Source: an uncultured virus (IMG/VR IMGVR_UViG_3300030107_002792)
Taxonomy: Duplodnaviria > Heunggongvirae > Uroviricota > Caudoviricetes > Kyanoviridae
DNA length: 64,000 bases
Direction: 5' to 3' (one strand)
IMG/VR virus record: IMGVR_UViG_3300030107_002792
The translations under genes were made by a program, and so were the position numbers. The notes under the pieces were generated by a model. It saw nothing but the letters and a program-made list of their open reading frames with translations. It was not told where the DNA came from and did not search any database. Positions within the stretch are counted from its first letter, which is position 1. Each line of letters opens with the position of its first letter. Shown here piece after piece: positions 28,593 to 39,094 of this stretch.

Positions 28593-31500
28593 ATGTCACT
28601 AACTAGACTCAAGAATATTATTACGTCCAGAACAGGACGTATCATATATGTTAACCCTGACGATTTCGATGCTTCTGATGCTATTGATAACAGGGGAAAC
28701 TCAGCATTGCGTCCTTTTAAGACATTGCAACGAGCATTTCTTGAGGTAGCAAGATTCTCATATAGAGTTGGATTAGCAAACGACGAATTTGATGCCTTCA
28801 GCATCATGCTATATCCTGCAGAATATATTATTGATAATCGTCCTGGTGAAGTTCTTTATACTAATATTCCCCCTATAGATGCTAACTCTAACTTAGATTT
28901 AACATCTGCTAATAATGTCCTATACAAATATAACTCAGTCGAAGGTGGTGTTATTGTACCTAGAGGTTGCTCTGTTGTTGGTACAGACCTTAGAAGAACT
29001 AAAATAATTCCAAAATATATACCATATCCTACTACCTTTACTCAAGGTGGTATTCTTAACGAAGCACAAGTTCCACCTAGAACAGCAATCTTCAAGGTAA
29101 CTGGTGGTACTTACTTCTGGCAATTCTCATTCTTTGATGGTGCAGAAGAAGGTGTATACTACAAACCAGATTCTACAGACACACTCGCTCCTAAGTTCTC
29201 TCATCATAGACTTACATGTTTTGAGTTTGCTGATGGTTTAAATCCATTATCATCTCTTATATCCGATGGTAATGTTCCTAATGCAGATTATTCTGCTGTT
29301 CCTAATATACTTTCAAGAACTGACCTAGACATATACTATCAGAAAGTATCTAAAGCATTCGCAACAATTCCTGATACATCTGGTGATCCATCTGCTGACC
29401 AAATTCAGGCAAGGGTAGAAGAAAATAGAATCGTTGGTCCTATATCTGATGAATATAAAGTTTCTACTATTATTAGAAATGGACAAACTGCTACAGCATA
29501 TACTGTAGATGAGGCGGGTGGTGCAAGAGCACACGGATTCTCTGTTGGTGTTAATATTAATATTTCTGGTGTTACTGGTTCACAAGGTCCATCTTCCGAA
29601 CTTGATGCTGGACTTTATAATGGTTCATTCACTGTTACATCTGCAACGAATAGCACATTCACATATCAGATGTCAGCAGAACCTTCTGGTACTGCTAGTG
29701 GAACTAATATATCAGTTAAGACTGAGATTGATACTGTTGACTCAGCATCACCTTATGCTTTCAACCTATCACTAAGAAGTGTATGGGGTATGAATGGTAT
29801 GCACGCTGATGGTGCGAAATCAACTGGTTTCAAATCAATGGTTGTGGCACAGTTTACTGGACTATCACTACAGAAAGATGATAGAGCATTTGTAAGATAT
29901 AACGCATCAACTGGTAACTATGACGTAGCAACTGATGGAGATGGTGCTCACTTAGATGGATTTGCTGAGTATAGAAAGGGATGGGGTCATAGACATATAT
30001 TAGCATCTAATGACGCATTTATTCAGGCAGTTTCTGTGTTCGCTGTTGGATTCCAAGGACACTTTACAGCACTTAATGGTGCTGACATGTCAATTACTAA
30101 CAGTAATAGTAACTTTGGTAGTATTGCACTTAGATCTGCTGGATTTAAGAAGAAGTCATTCTCTAAAGATAAGGCAGGTACACTAACTCACGTTATACCA
30201 CCTAAAGCACTTAATGTTATTTCAACAACTGCTACAGGAGTAAGTGGTGGTAACTCAATTACACTTACTAATGATGGTAGTGTTAATGGTGTGATTGAAG
30301 GAATGGTTGTTTCAGGAGTAGGAGTTGCTGCTGGAACGTTAGTTCAAAACATTAATGTAAATACAAGGGTTATAACTTTATCTACTACTAACACTGCAAC
30401 TGTTAATGGTAATGTTATCTTTGGTGAAGAGACTTCTATTAACTGGGTTAACGTTGATATTCAAAGAACTAGAACTATTAACCAACAGTTAGGACAGGTT
30501 GGTGGAACTCCTGGAACTAGATTGTATCTATATGGTTATACTGTAGAAGCATCTCCACCTACAACTAGAGTTCAGGGTTATACAGTTGGTGCTAGACAAG
30601 ATGGTGTCGGAGCAAGTGCTGTGGCAGATAAAATTAACTGTCTATTGATTCCATCTCAAGGTTCAGAAGCAGAAATTAAATCAGCAAGTATTACACCTTA
30701 TGGTCCTAGTGTATCTGGTGTTGCTGCTGGTACTTCTGGATCACCATTACAATTTGATAGTTCAACATATACTATTAATGGTGTTGCAGGAACTGTTGGT
30801 GGTTGGTATCTATCTGTTAGTGCAACTAACAATGGAATATATAATGTTCTTGATACTAATACAACAACTTATCAGAATGTTAACTTTACACCTACTACAT
30901 TCCTTAAGAGAATACCTGACCCAAGAGACTTACAAGATAGAACATATCGTGTTCGCTTAGAAATTGATAAAGATAAGACTAATCCATTACCAAGAGATCC
31001 TATTTCTGGTTATGTATTACAACCATTGAATAGTGATACTACAGCATATTCATTAGATAAGTGTTTCTATGTTTATGATATTGAAGTAGTTCAAGTATGG
31101 GAGCGAGGTGTTAAGAATGGTATCTATTACATAACACTTCTTTGTGCATCTATCGCACCTTCAACTTCTAACTTCAATGATAGGAAGTTCTCTCAGAATG
31201 TTAATGAGGTTTATCCTACATTTGATAGAGATAATCCAATCGCAGACCCAACAGAAGCAGTATCTGTTGCTGATAATGAAACTATTGGATTGGTTAATGC
31301 AACTGATGGTGCTACACCTACACCTAATTTGGATCCAAAACTTTCTATCACTAAGGAAGCAACTAAATTCTTGCTAGGTGATAGTGGATGGACAAATCCA
31401 GGTACTACTCCAAACTATGACTCTGTAAACAATAGATTATCTAGTGTAGAACTTACTGCTCGTGCTGGTGATGAAGAGACAAGAAAGATTAATATAAGAG

Positions 31501-32576
31501 AAAATAATGATGGAACGGTTAATCCTATTGCTGTTGAGTTTAGACGACACTCAATTCTAAGATCAGGTAACCATACGTTTGAGTATCTCGGTTTTGGTCC
31601 AGGTAACTATTCAACTGCATTCCCTCAGACTCAAGTTGAGACTTTATCAAGTAATCAGGTTAAGTTCTCTCAGTCTATTAAAGAAGAAGCAGGTGTTGCT
31701 TTCTACTCTGGTCTTAACTCTAATGGTGACCTATTCATTGGTAACCAGGTTATTAACCCAGTTACAGGTCAGGTTACAAACGAAGATATTGCACAGTTGA
31801 ATGTTATTGGTGAAGAAAACACAACTATCGAAACATTCTCTGAGGTTGTTCTTACTGATAAACTAACTGTAATTGGTGGAGCATCCAACCAGTTAGAATC
31901 TATCTTTGCTGGTCCTGTTACATTCCAAGGTTTAACAACCTTTACAAGTAACTTACAGTCTAAGAAGATCTCATACTTTAACCAAGATGGTACTGTTATT
32001 AAGCAGACATTACTTGCACCTAGACTTGCGAATGGTTTACCTGACTTCTCTAATATCACAGGGTATGATACTCCTGCTGATGGTGACTTAGTTTATGATA
32101 TTAATTGGCAACCAGGTTTATCTCTTGGATGGATATATTATGGGCAAGCATGGAAAGAATTTGGTTTAACTGATACTGGTAATATTAATATTGCTACAGA
32201 TGGCACAGGTAATATTGGTTTAGGTGAAGCAGCACAATCAGGAGAAAGAGTAAGAGTTAATGGTAATGTAAGAGTTGACGGTGACTTAGTTGTTACTGGT
32301 CGAGGTGGTGTTTCTGCTGATAAGTATGTCACTAGGAGATACGTTGGTGATGGAACAACTCTTAACTTCGCTGTTACCACTTATACAGGTGGTGTAGCAC
32401 ATACCGCAAGTTCAGTATTAGTATTCTTAAATGGTGTTGCACAAATTGGTGGAACTACTGCTCAAGTTACTGCTTCTACTGCTAACTACTCATGTAGTGG
32501 TACTAATGTAACATTTGGATCAGGTGATGCTCCTTTAGCAGCAGACACTGTTCACATTGTTGAGTTACCTATCTAA
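28593..32576 (+). CDS. Large tail fibre/tailspike-like structural protein
   Basis: 1327 aa; GNS.LRPFKTLQRA; SGNHTFEYLGFGPGNYSTAFP; C-terminal VFLNGVAQ fibre module. Confidence 0.8.
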   Translation: MSLTRLKNIITSRTGRIIYVNPDDFDASDAIDNRGNSALRPFKTLQRAFLEVARFSYRVGLANDEFDAFSIMLYPAEYIIDNRPGEVLYTNIPPIDANSNLDLTSANNVLYKYNSVEGGVIVPRGCSVVGTDLRRTKIIPKYIPYPTTFTQGGILNEAQVPPRTAIFKVTGGTYFWQFSFFDGAEEGVYYKPDSTDTLAPKFSHHRLTCFEFADGLNPLSSLISDGNVPNADYSAVPNILSRTDLDIYYQKVSKAFATIPDTSGDPSADQIQARVEENRIVGPISDEYKVSTIIRNGQTATAYTVDEAGGARAHGFSVGVNINISGVTGSQGPSSELDAGLYNGSFTVTSATNSTFTYQMSAEPSGTASGTNISVKTEIDTVDSASPYAFNLSLRSVWGMNGMHADGAKSTGFKSMVVAQFTGLSLQKDDRAFVRYNASTGNYDVATDGDGAHLDGFAEYRKGWGHRHILASNDAFIQAVSVFAVGFQGHFTALNGADMSITNSNSNFGSIALRSAGFKKKSFSKDKAGTLTHVIPPKALNVISTTATGVSGGNSITLTNDGSVNGVIEGMVVSGVGVAAGTLVQNINVNTRVITLSTTNTATVNGNVIFGEETSINWVNVDIQRTRTINQQLGQVGGTPGTRLYLYGYTVEASPPTTRVQGYTVGARQDGVGASAVADKINCLLIPSQGSEAEIKSASITPYGPSVSGVAAGTSGSPLQFDSSTYTINGVAGTVGGWYLSVSATNNGIYNVLDTNTTTYQNVNFTPTTFLKRIPDPRDLQDRTYRVRLEIDKDKTNPLPRDPISGYVLQPLNSDTTAYSLDKCFYVYDIEVVQVWERGVKNGIYYITLLCASIAPSTSNFNDRKFSQNVNEVYPTFDRDNPIADPTEAVSVADNETIGLVNATDGATPTPNLDPKLSITKEATKFLLGDSGWTNPGTTPNYDSVNNRLSSVELTARAGDEETRKINIRENNDGTVNPIAVEFRRHSILRSGNHTFEYLGFGPGNYSTAFPQTQVETLSSNQVKFSQSIKEEAGVAFYSGLNSNGDLFIGNQVINPVTGQVTNEDIAQLNVIGEENTTIETFSEVVLTDKLTVIGGASNQLESIFAGPVTFQGLTTFTSNLQSKKISYFNQDGTVIKQTLLAPRLANGLPDFSNITGYDTPADGDLVYDINWQPGLSLGWIYYGQAWKEFGLTDTGNINIATDGTGNIGLGEAAQSGERVRVNGNVRVDGDLVVTGRGGVSADKYVTRRYVGDGTTLNFAVTTYTGGVAHTASSVLVFLNGVAQIGGTTAQVTASTANYSCSGTNVTFGSGDAPLAADTVHIVELPI

Positions 32577-32604
32577 ATATAAGGGAGGGTCTTTTTAATA
32601 CGCT

Positions 32605-33027
32605 ATGGCAATATCAAGGATTAGTGGAAATCAGATCTCCACTTCAACAGCAGCAATTATTACAACTTTGAGTTTTTTAAGCACTAACAGTGTTTTTAGA
32701 TTACCTGCAGGTACTACTGCTCAAAGACCAACAAGTGTTAGTATAGGAACACTAAGGTTTAATACTACATTAGACGCTGCAGAAATATACAAAGCAGATG
32801 ATGGCACTGGAAGTGCTGGATGGGCATCTGTATCTGGTGGAGGTCCAGCTATAGGAACTGATAGTGTTGTTAGGACAAATCCTAACACTATAGGAGAAAA
32901 TCTTACAATTGGTCCTACAGCAAATAATGGTAATGAATACGCAAATGGAATGACGGCAGGTCCAATAACGGTGAGCACAGGTTTCACGGTCACCGTAGAG
33001 TCAGGGGCTTCCTGGAGTATAGTATAA
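32605..33027 (+). CDS. Short tail-fibre-associated protein
   Basis: LPAGTTAQRP...LRFNT module; C-terminal AGPITV...VTVESGASWSIV. Confidence 0.7.
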   Translation: MAISRISGNQISTSTAAIITTLSFLSTNSVFRLPAGTTAQRPTSVSIGTLRFNTTLDAAEIYKADDGTGSAGWASVSGGGPAIGTDSVVRTNPNTIGENLTIGPTANNGNEYANGMTAGPITVSTGFTVTVESGASWSIV

Positions 33028-34076
33028 TGGAATTAAAAGTAAACACTATTCGTGGTCTGTCTCCTAATTTCAGAACCGACGTAGTGGATACTCTTGAGAT
33101 GGGTGCTGAAGTAAAGTTACTCAATCAACAGTATCTTCCCGTACCTGCAGGTGGTGGAGGAACTAGACCACCAGCAGCACAAGATGGTGCTATACGTTTT
33201 AATACCGACAGTAATAAGATGGAATATTATGTTGGTAATGGATGGCAAGTAGTAACGGATATTGATACTTCTGATCCTGGTGGTGGATCATCTGGTCCAT
33301 ATGTTTCTGTTGATGCTCCTACTAATAGAGTAGAATGTTTCTGGGATGGTGCTCCTGCAAATGTTTCTGGTAATACATGGGCATCATCACAAGCACACCC
33401 CAATGTATCTAATGCTGACTGCGTAATGCAGAATAGTCCTACTTGGAACTCATCAATTACTGGTGGTGATGGAACTATGGGATATTGGAACTTTAATGGA
33501 TCTAGTCATTATGGTTACATTAGAGAACTTAACTATAGTCAAGGTGGACAACATGGACCTAATAACAATGGTCAGTTGTCAGAATTTACTATGGGAACTT
33601 GGTTTAGAACTACTTACGGTTCACCAGGTGGTAATAGTTGGGACTCTGGAAACTGGTCATGGTTAGACTGGGATAGATCAGAAGTTCTATCATGGAACAT
33701 TGGAACAACTGGAAAGGTACAGTTCTCTGGTTATAGTAATGCTGGTGGTTATTATGATATAACTGGTAATACATCATGTAATGATGGTAACTGGCACTTT
33801 GGTGCTTGCACTGTATCATCTGCTGATGGTCAAATAAGATTTTATGTTGATGGACAACCTGATGGTAGTCATAGTCATAGTTTCTCATACTTTGGGGCAA
33901 GAACTAGACGTTGGGGATTCATTGGAGATGGTTCAGAAGCAGGTGGAGAAAATGGTTCTAGAAACAATGTTTACTATGAAGGTGACATAGCACAGCAATT
34001 CTTATTATCAGTTAAGTGGACTGATGCACAAGTATTAGATCATTACACTAAAACTAGAACAAGGGTAGGTGTATAA
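33027..34076 (+). CDS. Fibre/adhesin with LamG (concanavalin A-like) domain, copy 1
   Basis: RP...IRFNT module; FTMGTWF, DGNWHF, RFYVDG, FIG, YEGDIA. Confidence 0.8.
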   Translation: MELKVNTIRGLSPNFRTDVVDTLEMGAEVKLLNQQYLPVPAGGGGTRPPAAQDGAIRFNTDSNKMEYYVGNGWQVVTDIDTSDPGGGSSGPYVSVDAPTNRVECFWDGAPANVSGNTWASSQAHPNVSNADCVMQNSPTWNSSITGGDGTMGYWNFNGSSHYGYIRELNYSQGGQHGPNNNGQLSEFTMGTWFRTTYGSPGGNSWDSGNWSWLDWDRSEVLSWNIGTTGKVQFSGYSNAGGYYDITGNTSCNDGNWHFGACTVSSADGQIRFYVDGQPDGSHSHSFSYFGARTRRWGFIGDGSEAGGENGSRNNVYYEGDIAQQFLLSVKWTDAQVLDHYTKTRTRVGV

Positions 34077-34333
34077 TGAGTCAGATTAAACTTGGAAAAT
34101 TACAGGGAACAGCAACGAATCTTAATCAGATTACTATTGAACCTGGGTATACACTAAGAATAGCATCTGAAGGTACTATAGATATGGTAGGAACTGGTGC
34201 ATTTCAGTTACCTAGTGGCACTACTGCTCAACGTCCTGCTTCACCACAGGCAGGTTACATGCGTTGGAATACAACTACTACTGAAGCAGAATTTTGGGAT
34301 GGTAGTAACTGGAAGAATTTATCTGAAGAATGA
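34076..34333 (+). CDS. Short fibre-module protein
   Basis: LPSGTTAQRP...MRWNT...EFWDGSNW only. Confidence 0.65.
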   Translation: MSQIKLGKLQGTATNLNQITIEPGYTLRIASEGTIDMVGTGAFQLPSGTTAQRPASPQAGYMRWNTTTTEAEFWDGSNWKNLSEE

Positions 34334-35424
34334 GCACTATTAACGTCAACGAACTAAGAGGACACGAGACCACTGATTTTAGGGTTCAGATGCCTAGTGA
34401 TGCTTATATTAATGTTACTGGGACACTTGAAGTTGAGTCTGGGTCATCACAATTTTGTTTACCAAAAGGAAATACTGGTCAAAGACCAACTAGTCCTGCT
34501 GCTGGTATGATAAGATATAATACTGATACATCTCAATTAGAATGGTATAACGGAACAGAATGGAAAGTAAAGGGTGGACCTGTTGCTGCTCCAGATGATG
34601 AGGGTGATGGTGGAGGAGAAGAAGAACCCGCAGCACCATATACTGATCTTGATACAGCAGATAGTAATATACAATGTTTTTGGGATGGTGCTTCTGATCA
34701 AGTTAGTGGTAGTACATGGTTATCTAAGAAAGCTCATCCTAATTTAAGTAATGCTAATTGTGAAATGGTTAATAGTCCTACCTTTACTTCAACAGTAAGT
34801 GGTGGTGATGGATCTATTGGATATTGGAACTTTAATGGATCTAACCAGTATGGTTGGATAAGAGACTTAAATTTTGGTAGTAGTGGATCACATGGTCCTA
34901 ATAATAATGGTCGGTTATATCAATTTACACAAGGTTGTTGGTTTAGAACTTCATATGGATCACCAAACTCAGGTGGAGGTTATGACTTTGATAACTGGTC
35001 ATGGTATGACTGGGATAGATCTGAAGTTATAGGTTGGAACATTGGTCAGCATGGCAAACTACAATTTGCTGGTAGTTCTAACAGCACTTGTTGTTATGAT
35101 ATTGTAAGTAACACACCTGCAAATGATGGTAGTTGGCATTTTGGTGTTTGTACTGTTAATAATGCTAGTAGTAGTAACAACATAAGATTTTATCTTGATG
35201 GTGTTTTAGATGGAACCCATAGTTATAGTTTCTCATACTTTGGAAATGGTTCAAGACGTTGGGGATTTATAGGAGATGGTTCTGAAGCAACAAGTAATAA
35301 TGGTAGTAGAAACAGTATTTACTATGAGGGTGATATTGCTCAACTTTTCTTGTTTGAAGAAGTGTGGAGTGATGCAAAAGTATTAGAACATTATACTAAG
35401 ACGAGAACTCGTTTCGGAGTATAA
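34330..35424 (+). CDS. Fibre/adhesin with LamG domain, copy 2
   Basis: Paralog of 33027..34076 (shares HGPNNNG, DWDRSEV, RRWGFIGDGSEA, HYTKTRTR). Confidence 0.8.
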   Translation: MSTINVNELRGHETTDFRVQMPSDAYINVTGTLEVESGSSQFCLPKGNTGQRPTSPAAGMIRYNTDTSQLEWYNGTEWKVKGGPVAAPDDEGDGGGEEEPAAPYTDLDTADSNIQCFWDGASDQVSGSTWLSKKAHPNLSNANCEMVNSPTFTSTVSGGDGSIGYWNFNGSNQYGWIRDLNFGSSGSHGPNNNGRLYQFTQGCWFRTSYGSPNSGGGYDFDNWSWYDWDRSEVIGWNIGQHGKLQFAGSSNSTCCYDIVSNTPANDGSWHFGVCTVNNASSSNNIRFYLDGVLDGTHSYSFSYFGNGSRRWGFIGDGSEATSNNGSRNSIYYEGDIAQLFLFEEVWSDAKVLEHYTKTRTRFGV

Positions 35425-35451
35425 ATATAAGCATAGGAGTTATAGTATAAC

Positions 35452-36285
35452 ATGGCATCTGGTAAATTAACTATAGAAACCGCAAGTTCAACCGTAGGTA
35501 TTAATTTACCATTACATCCTGCTGAGAACTTACCTCAAGGAACAGTGGGTGATATTTGTTATGTTAAATCAACTAACACTGCTGGTAGTTTGTATGTTTA
35601 CACACCAAATGCTGATGCTTCTGCTAATAATTGGGTAAGCACTGCTGGAGGAACTGCAGCAGTACCAGGAACTGCTGCTAACCCTGCTTCTTCTCCTAAA
35701 GCTCTTAGAGATGCTGGTATAACTAGTGACGGGATATATTATATTGATACGGGTTCATTAGGAGTCCAACAAGTATATGTTAAGTTTGATTCGTTTGCTG
35801 GTGGTAGTATAGGTTCTACTAATGCTTGGGCATTGGTAAGTAGACACAACTCATATTCATATGGTAGTTACAATCAATATGGATACTTAGATTCTATTGA
35901 GACAACAACCTTTGGAACTAATAGTACAAGTGGTTGGTGGATAGATCAAAATGTATCTGGTAGAGGGTGGTTGAATGATGTCAACTGGGTTTGTTATGAA
36001 GATACTGATTTAGGACAATGGGCAACTGAAGCACAATCTGCTACATTATGGCAGACTTCATTTATTAATACAACTTCATCTGGTTATCCATCTAATATAA
36101 GTTATACATTTAACTCATCATCTTGGGATGCTAGTGGTGGTGCTGTTGTATGTTGGTGTGAAGGTACTGGATGCACAGAACACATAGAAGATAATAATGG
36201 TGGTGCATGTAGTGGAACGGATAGAATTAGAAATGATAATTATGGTGGAACTTCTCTTTTAAGGTATTGGGTAGCAGTAATATAA
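35452..36285 (+). CDS. Fibre protein with fibrinogen-C-like adhesin domain
   Basis: ANPASS...DGIYYID...QQVY...WALV; Cys-rich C-terminus. Confidence 0.65.
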   Translation: MASGKLTIETASSTVGINLPLHPAENLPQGTVGDICYVKSTNTAGSLYVYTPNADASANNWVSTAGGTAAVPGTAANPASSPKALRDAGITSDGIYYIDTGSLGVQQVYVKFDSFAGGSIGSTNAWALVSRHNSYSYGSYNQYGYLDSIETTTFGTNSTSGWWIDQNVSGRGWLNDVNWVCYEDTDLGQWATEAQSATLWQTSFINTTSSGYPSNISYTFNSSSWDASGGAVVCWCEGTGCTEHIEDNNGGACSGTDRIRNDNYGGTSLLRYWVAVI

Positions 36286-36289
36286 TGTA

Positions 36290-36670
36290 ATGGATTTTGC
36301 GAATTTATCTGAGGATATGCTATATTCTGGCATACCTATTGACTTGGTGGCAAAAGAAATCAGAATGCTTGCTTATAATCATATGATAGACCAAGGTATT
36401 ATGGAAAGTAATGCTGAGGCATTTGCTGAAGATATGCGTCAGAGTGTTTATAGGTTACAGGAGAATAAACTCGAAAAAATTACGCAGAAAAAAATTGACT
36501 CCTTAGAGTCACAGTTTGCTATAGATGTTGCAACCAAGAAGGCAATTTGTATGAATTGTAAGTTTCTTATGAAACCTGACAGCATATATAAAAAGTGTCA
36601 GAAATGTGGATGTTACATGGAACTTAAATGGAGAGTACCAGGAATGAAATGTCCTATTGATCTATGGTAA
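36290..36670 (+). CDS. DUF6171-like Cys-rich protein
   Basis: C-terminal CxxC...CxxCGCxMxxK...CPxxxW. Confidence 0.7.
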   Translation: MDFANLSEDMLYSGIPIDLVAKEIRMLAYNHMIDQGIMESNAEAFAEDMRQSVYRLQENKLEKITQKKIDSLESQFAIDVATKKAICMNCKFLMKPDSIYKKCQKCGCYMELKWRVPGMKCPIDLW

Positions 36671-36697
36671 TAAATAACTTTATATTGGTAGAATAAA

Positions 36698-36898
36698 ATG
36701 CCCTATTTCGCTTATAAAAAATCAGGTGCTGCTGCAAATACTGGATCATCTGCTCCCGACCATGATGTTTACTGTTGTGGCAACGGAGTCTGGAGTGATG
36801 TCTATGCAGATAGAAAACTACATGACTATGCACATTCTGCAGAATTTGATGGTGGAGAAGGATGTTTAGTTGTTGAAGACTCATCATACACTCCATAA
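36698..36898 (+). CDS. Small Cys-containing late protein
   Basis: 66 aa ORF directly after ATAAATA (36670) and before TATAAATA (36903). Confidence 0.6.
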   Translation: MPYFAYKKSGAAANTGSSAPDHDVYCCGNGVWSDVYADRKLHDYAHSAEFDGGEGCLVVEDSSYTP

Positions 36899-36944
36899 TC
36901 CTTATAAATACAACAGAACCAGAGACCATATTTGATGCCTAACT

Positions 36945-37994
36945 ATGTCTACAGTAAATGCTGGAACGCTTAATGTCACAAGTACGCTAAATCTCCCGTC
37001 TTATACAAAGACACAACGGGATGCTTTATCGCCTACTGCGGGACAAATGATTTATAACTCAACTGATGGATCAGTTGATGTTTGGGATGGAACTCAATGG
37101 AAATCTGCTATTGGATCATCTGAGGCATTTATTCAAGCGTCAGGTGGAACTGAGTCTACGAGTGGAAATTATAAAATCCATACCTTTAATAATACTGCAA
37201 CATTTGCAGTCACTGGTGCAGGTGATGAAGCAAATGGTAAAGTTGATTACCTAGTCGTTGCTGGTGGAGGAGGTGGAGGCGGTTTCGCTTCTGGTGACTT
37301 CAACAACTTTGGATCTGGTGGAGGTGGTGGTGCTGGTGGTATGCTTGCTGCTGGTGGATATAATTATACTGTTAATGCTACATCATACCCTGTAAGTGTT
37401 GGTGGTGGAGGAACTGGAGGAACTGGTAACTCTGCTGGACAACCTGGTGGAAATAGTACTTTTGGATCTGCTGTTACTGCTACTGGCGGTGGTGGTGGAG
37501 GTCAACAGGATAAACCAGGACAACCTGGTGGATCTGGTGGTGGATCTGGAACTGATGGTGACGGATATAACCAACCTAGAGGAACAGGAGTACCTGGTCA
37601 AGGGTATCCTGGTGGTAGAGGTGCATCTTCACAGAACGGAACTTCTGGTGGTGGAGGTGGTAACTCACAAGCAGGAGAAGATGGATATACACGACCAAAC
37701 TCCAGACCTGCAAATGGAGGAAATGGAACTGCAAACTCAATTAGCGGTTCTGCGGTAACTTATGCAGGTGGTGGCGGTGGTGCTAATTATCCAGGTGGTC
37801 CTCACAACCCTAATGGTGGATCAGGTGGTGGCGGTAATGGTGCGTTGTCTCCTACTGAAAGTGGTTATGCAGGTACTGACGGTCTCGGTGGAGGCGGTGG
37901 CGGTGCTGCTGACCAAGATCCTCGTCAATATCCAGAACCAAAAGGCGGTAATGGTGGTAAGGGTATTGTAATTGTTAAGTATAAGTATCAGTAA
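36945..37994 (+). CDS. Glycine-rich tail fibre protein
   Basis: YKIHTF...DYLVVAGGGGGG...GGKGIVIVKY glycine-rich domain; N-terminal GQMIYNST module. Confidence 0.85.
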   Translation: MSTVNAGTLNVTSTLNLPSYTKTQRDALSPTAGQMIYNSTDGSVDVWDGTQWKSAIGSSEAFIQASGGTESTSGNYKIHTFNNTATFAVTGAGDEANGKVDYLVVAGGGGGGGFASGDFNNFGSGGGGGAGGMLAAGGYNYTVNATSYPVSVGGGGTGGTGNSAGQPGGNSTFGSAVTATGGGGGGQQDKPGQPGGSGGGSGTDGDGYNQPRGTGVPGQGYPGGRGASSQNGTSGGGGGNSQAGEDGYTRPNSRPANGGNGTANSISGSAVTYAGGGGGANYPGGPHNPNGGSGGGGNGALSPTESGYAGTDGLGGGGGGAADQDPRQYPEPKGGNGGKGIVIVKYKYQ

Positions 37995-37999
37995 AAACT

Positions 38000-38566
38000 A
38001 TGGCACATTTCGCAAAAATCGAGAAAAGAACTGGCACAGTCGTAGATGTTGTTGCTGTTGCTGATAGTGATACATCTACAGCAGCAGGAGTAGAGAAGGA
38101 ATACATTGGTATTGATTTCCTTCAGAAAATATTCCCTGACACTGCTGCATTATATGATTGGAGACAAACATCATATAATGCTTATAAAGGTAGGCATAGA
38201 AAAGAAGTTGATGGATCCCTTGTGTGGGATCAGAAAGCATGTCTAAGAAAGAATTATGCTTCTATTGGTGGTAAGTATGATTATATGAGAGATGCTTTTA
38301 TTGCACCACCTATTAATCCTAATAATCAAGTCTTGAATGAGGATACCTGTCATTGGGATACCATAACACAGGCAAATCAAACTACAACAAATGATGGTGG
38401 ACCCCTTGACTATACGGACACTTCCGACTATAGTGATAACTCTAAGATGACTCCTGCCACATGGGAGTGGACTAATGAGACAAAAACTTATGTCTCTAAA
38501 ACTGCTCAAGTTGTAAAACCAGCAGTATATCAGTACAACTCTTCCTCTAAAACTTGGGAAGCATGA
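38000..38566 (+). CDS. Partner of the glycine-rich fibre (possible chaperone)
   Basis: MAHFAKI start; WRQTSYN...RKNYASIG..YD..RDAFIAP; this gene pair is common in phages. Confidence 0.7.
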   Translation: MAHFAKIEKRTGTVVDVVAVADSDTSTAAGVEKEYIGIDFLQKIFPDTAALYDWRQTSYNAYKGRHRKEVDGSLVWDQKACLRKNYASIGGKYDYMRDAFIAPPINPNNQVLNEDTCHWDTITQANQTTTNDGGPLDYTDTSDYSDNSKMTPATWEWTNETKTYVSKTAQVVKPAVYQYNSSSKTWEA

Positions 38567-38581
38567 ACCCCCTAATGTATT

Positions 38582-39094
38582 ATGATTACATCATGGTTTG
38601 CGAAAGCAATCTACTTTGAACCGAATTTACTACTAGAAAAACTACCAGACTACGAAAGAAATATCAAGCAAGCACTTGAGAAGGTAGGAACTATTCGTAC
38701 TGATATTCTGAATGTAGATTCTACATGCGGTATTAGAAAGAATTTATTTGAAGTGGTTGAACTTGATGGTTTAAGACCATTAATATTTGACCATTCACAA
38801 GCATTTGCAAGACAAGTTGGATATAAAGAAGATATTACATTTAAAAATATTTGGACTGAAATAAGTAAGAAAGGAGATTATACATTTCCTAGAAGTTTTC
38901 CTAGATCTGTTGTATCTGGGATTTTTTGTGTCAAAGCATGTATGGATGATTCTATTAAATTTTTCCAAGGTGATAATTTTCAAGAGGTTAAACTGTTTAC
39001 TGGATCAATTATATTATTCCCTAGTGATGTTAAATATGGTATGACATCACAATTAGGTGATGAAAATATTCTCATACATTTTACGTTAGCATGA
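38582..39094 (+). CDS. 2OG-Fe(II) oxygenase-like protein lacking iron ligands
   Basis: Fold motifs present (IW...GDYxFP...SG..C; ILFPS) but no HxH/D and no distal His. Confidence 0.6.
   Translation: MITSWFAKAIYFEPNLLLEKLPDYERNIKQALEKVGTIRTDILNVDSTCGIRKNLFEVVELDGLRPLIFDHSQAFARQVGYKEDITFKNIWTEISKKGDYTFPRSFPRSVVSGIFCVKACMDDSIKFFQGDNFQEVKLFTGSIILFPSDVKYGMTSQLGDENILIHFTLA

Noticed and set aside
37260..37960. GGTGGT/GGAGGT low-complexity repeats
   Set aside because: Explained by the glycine-rich fibre coding sequence; not a DNA repeat array
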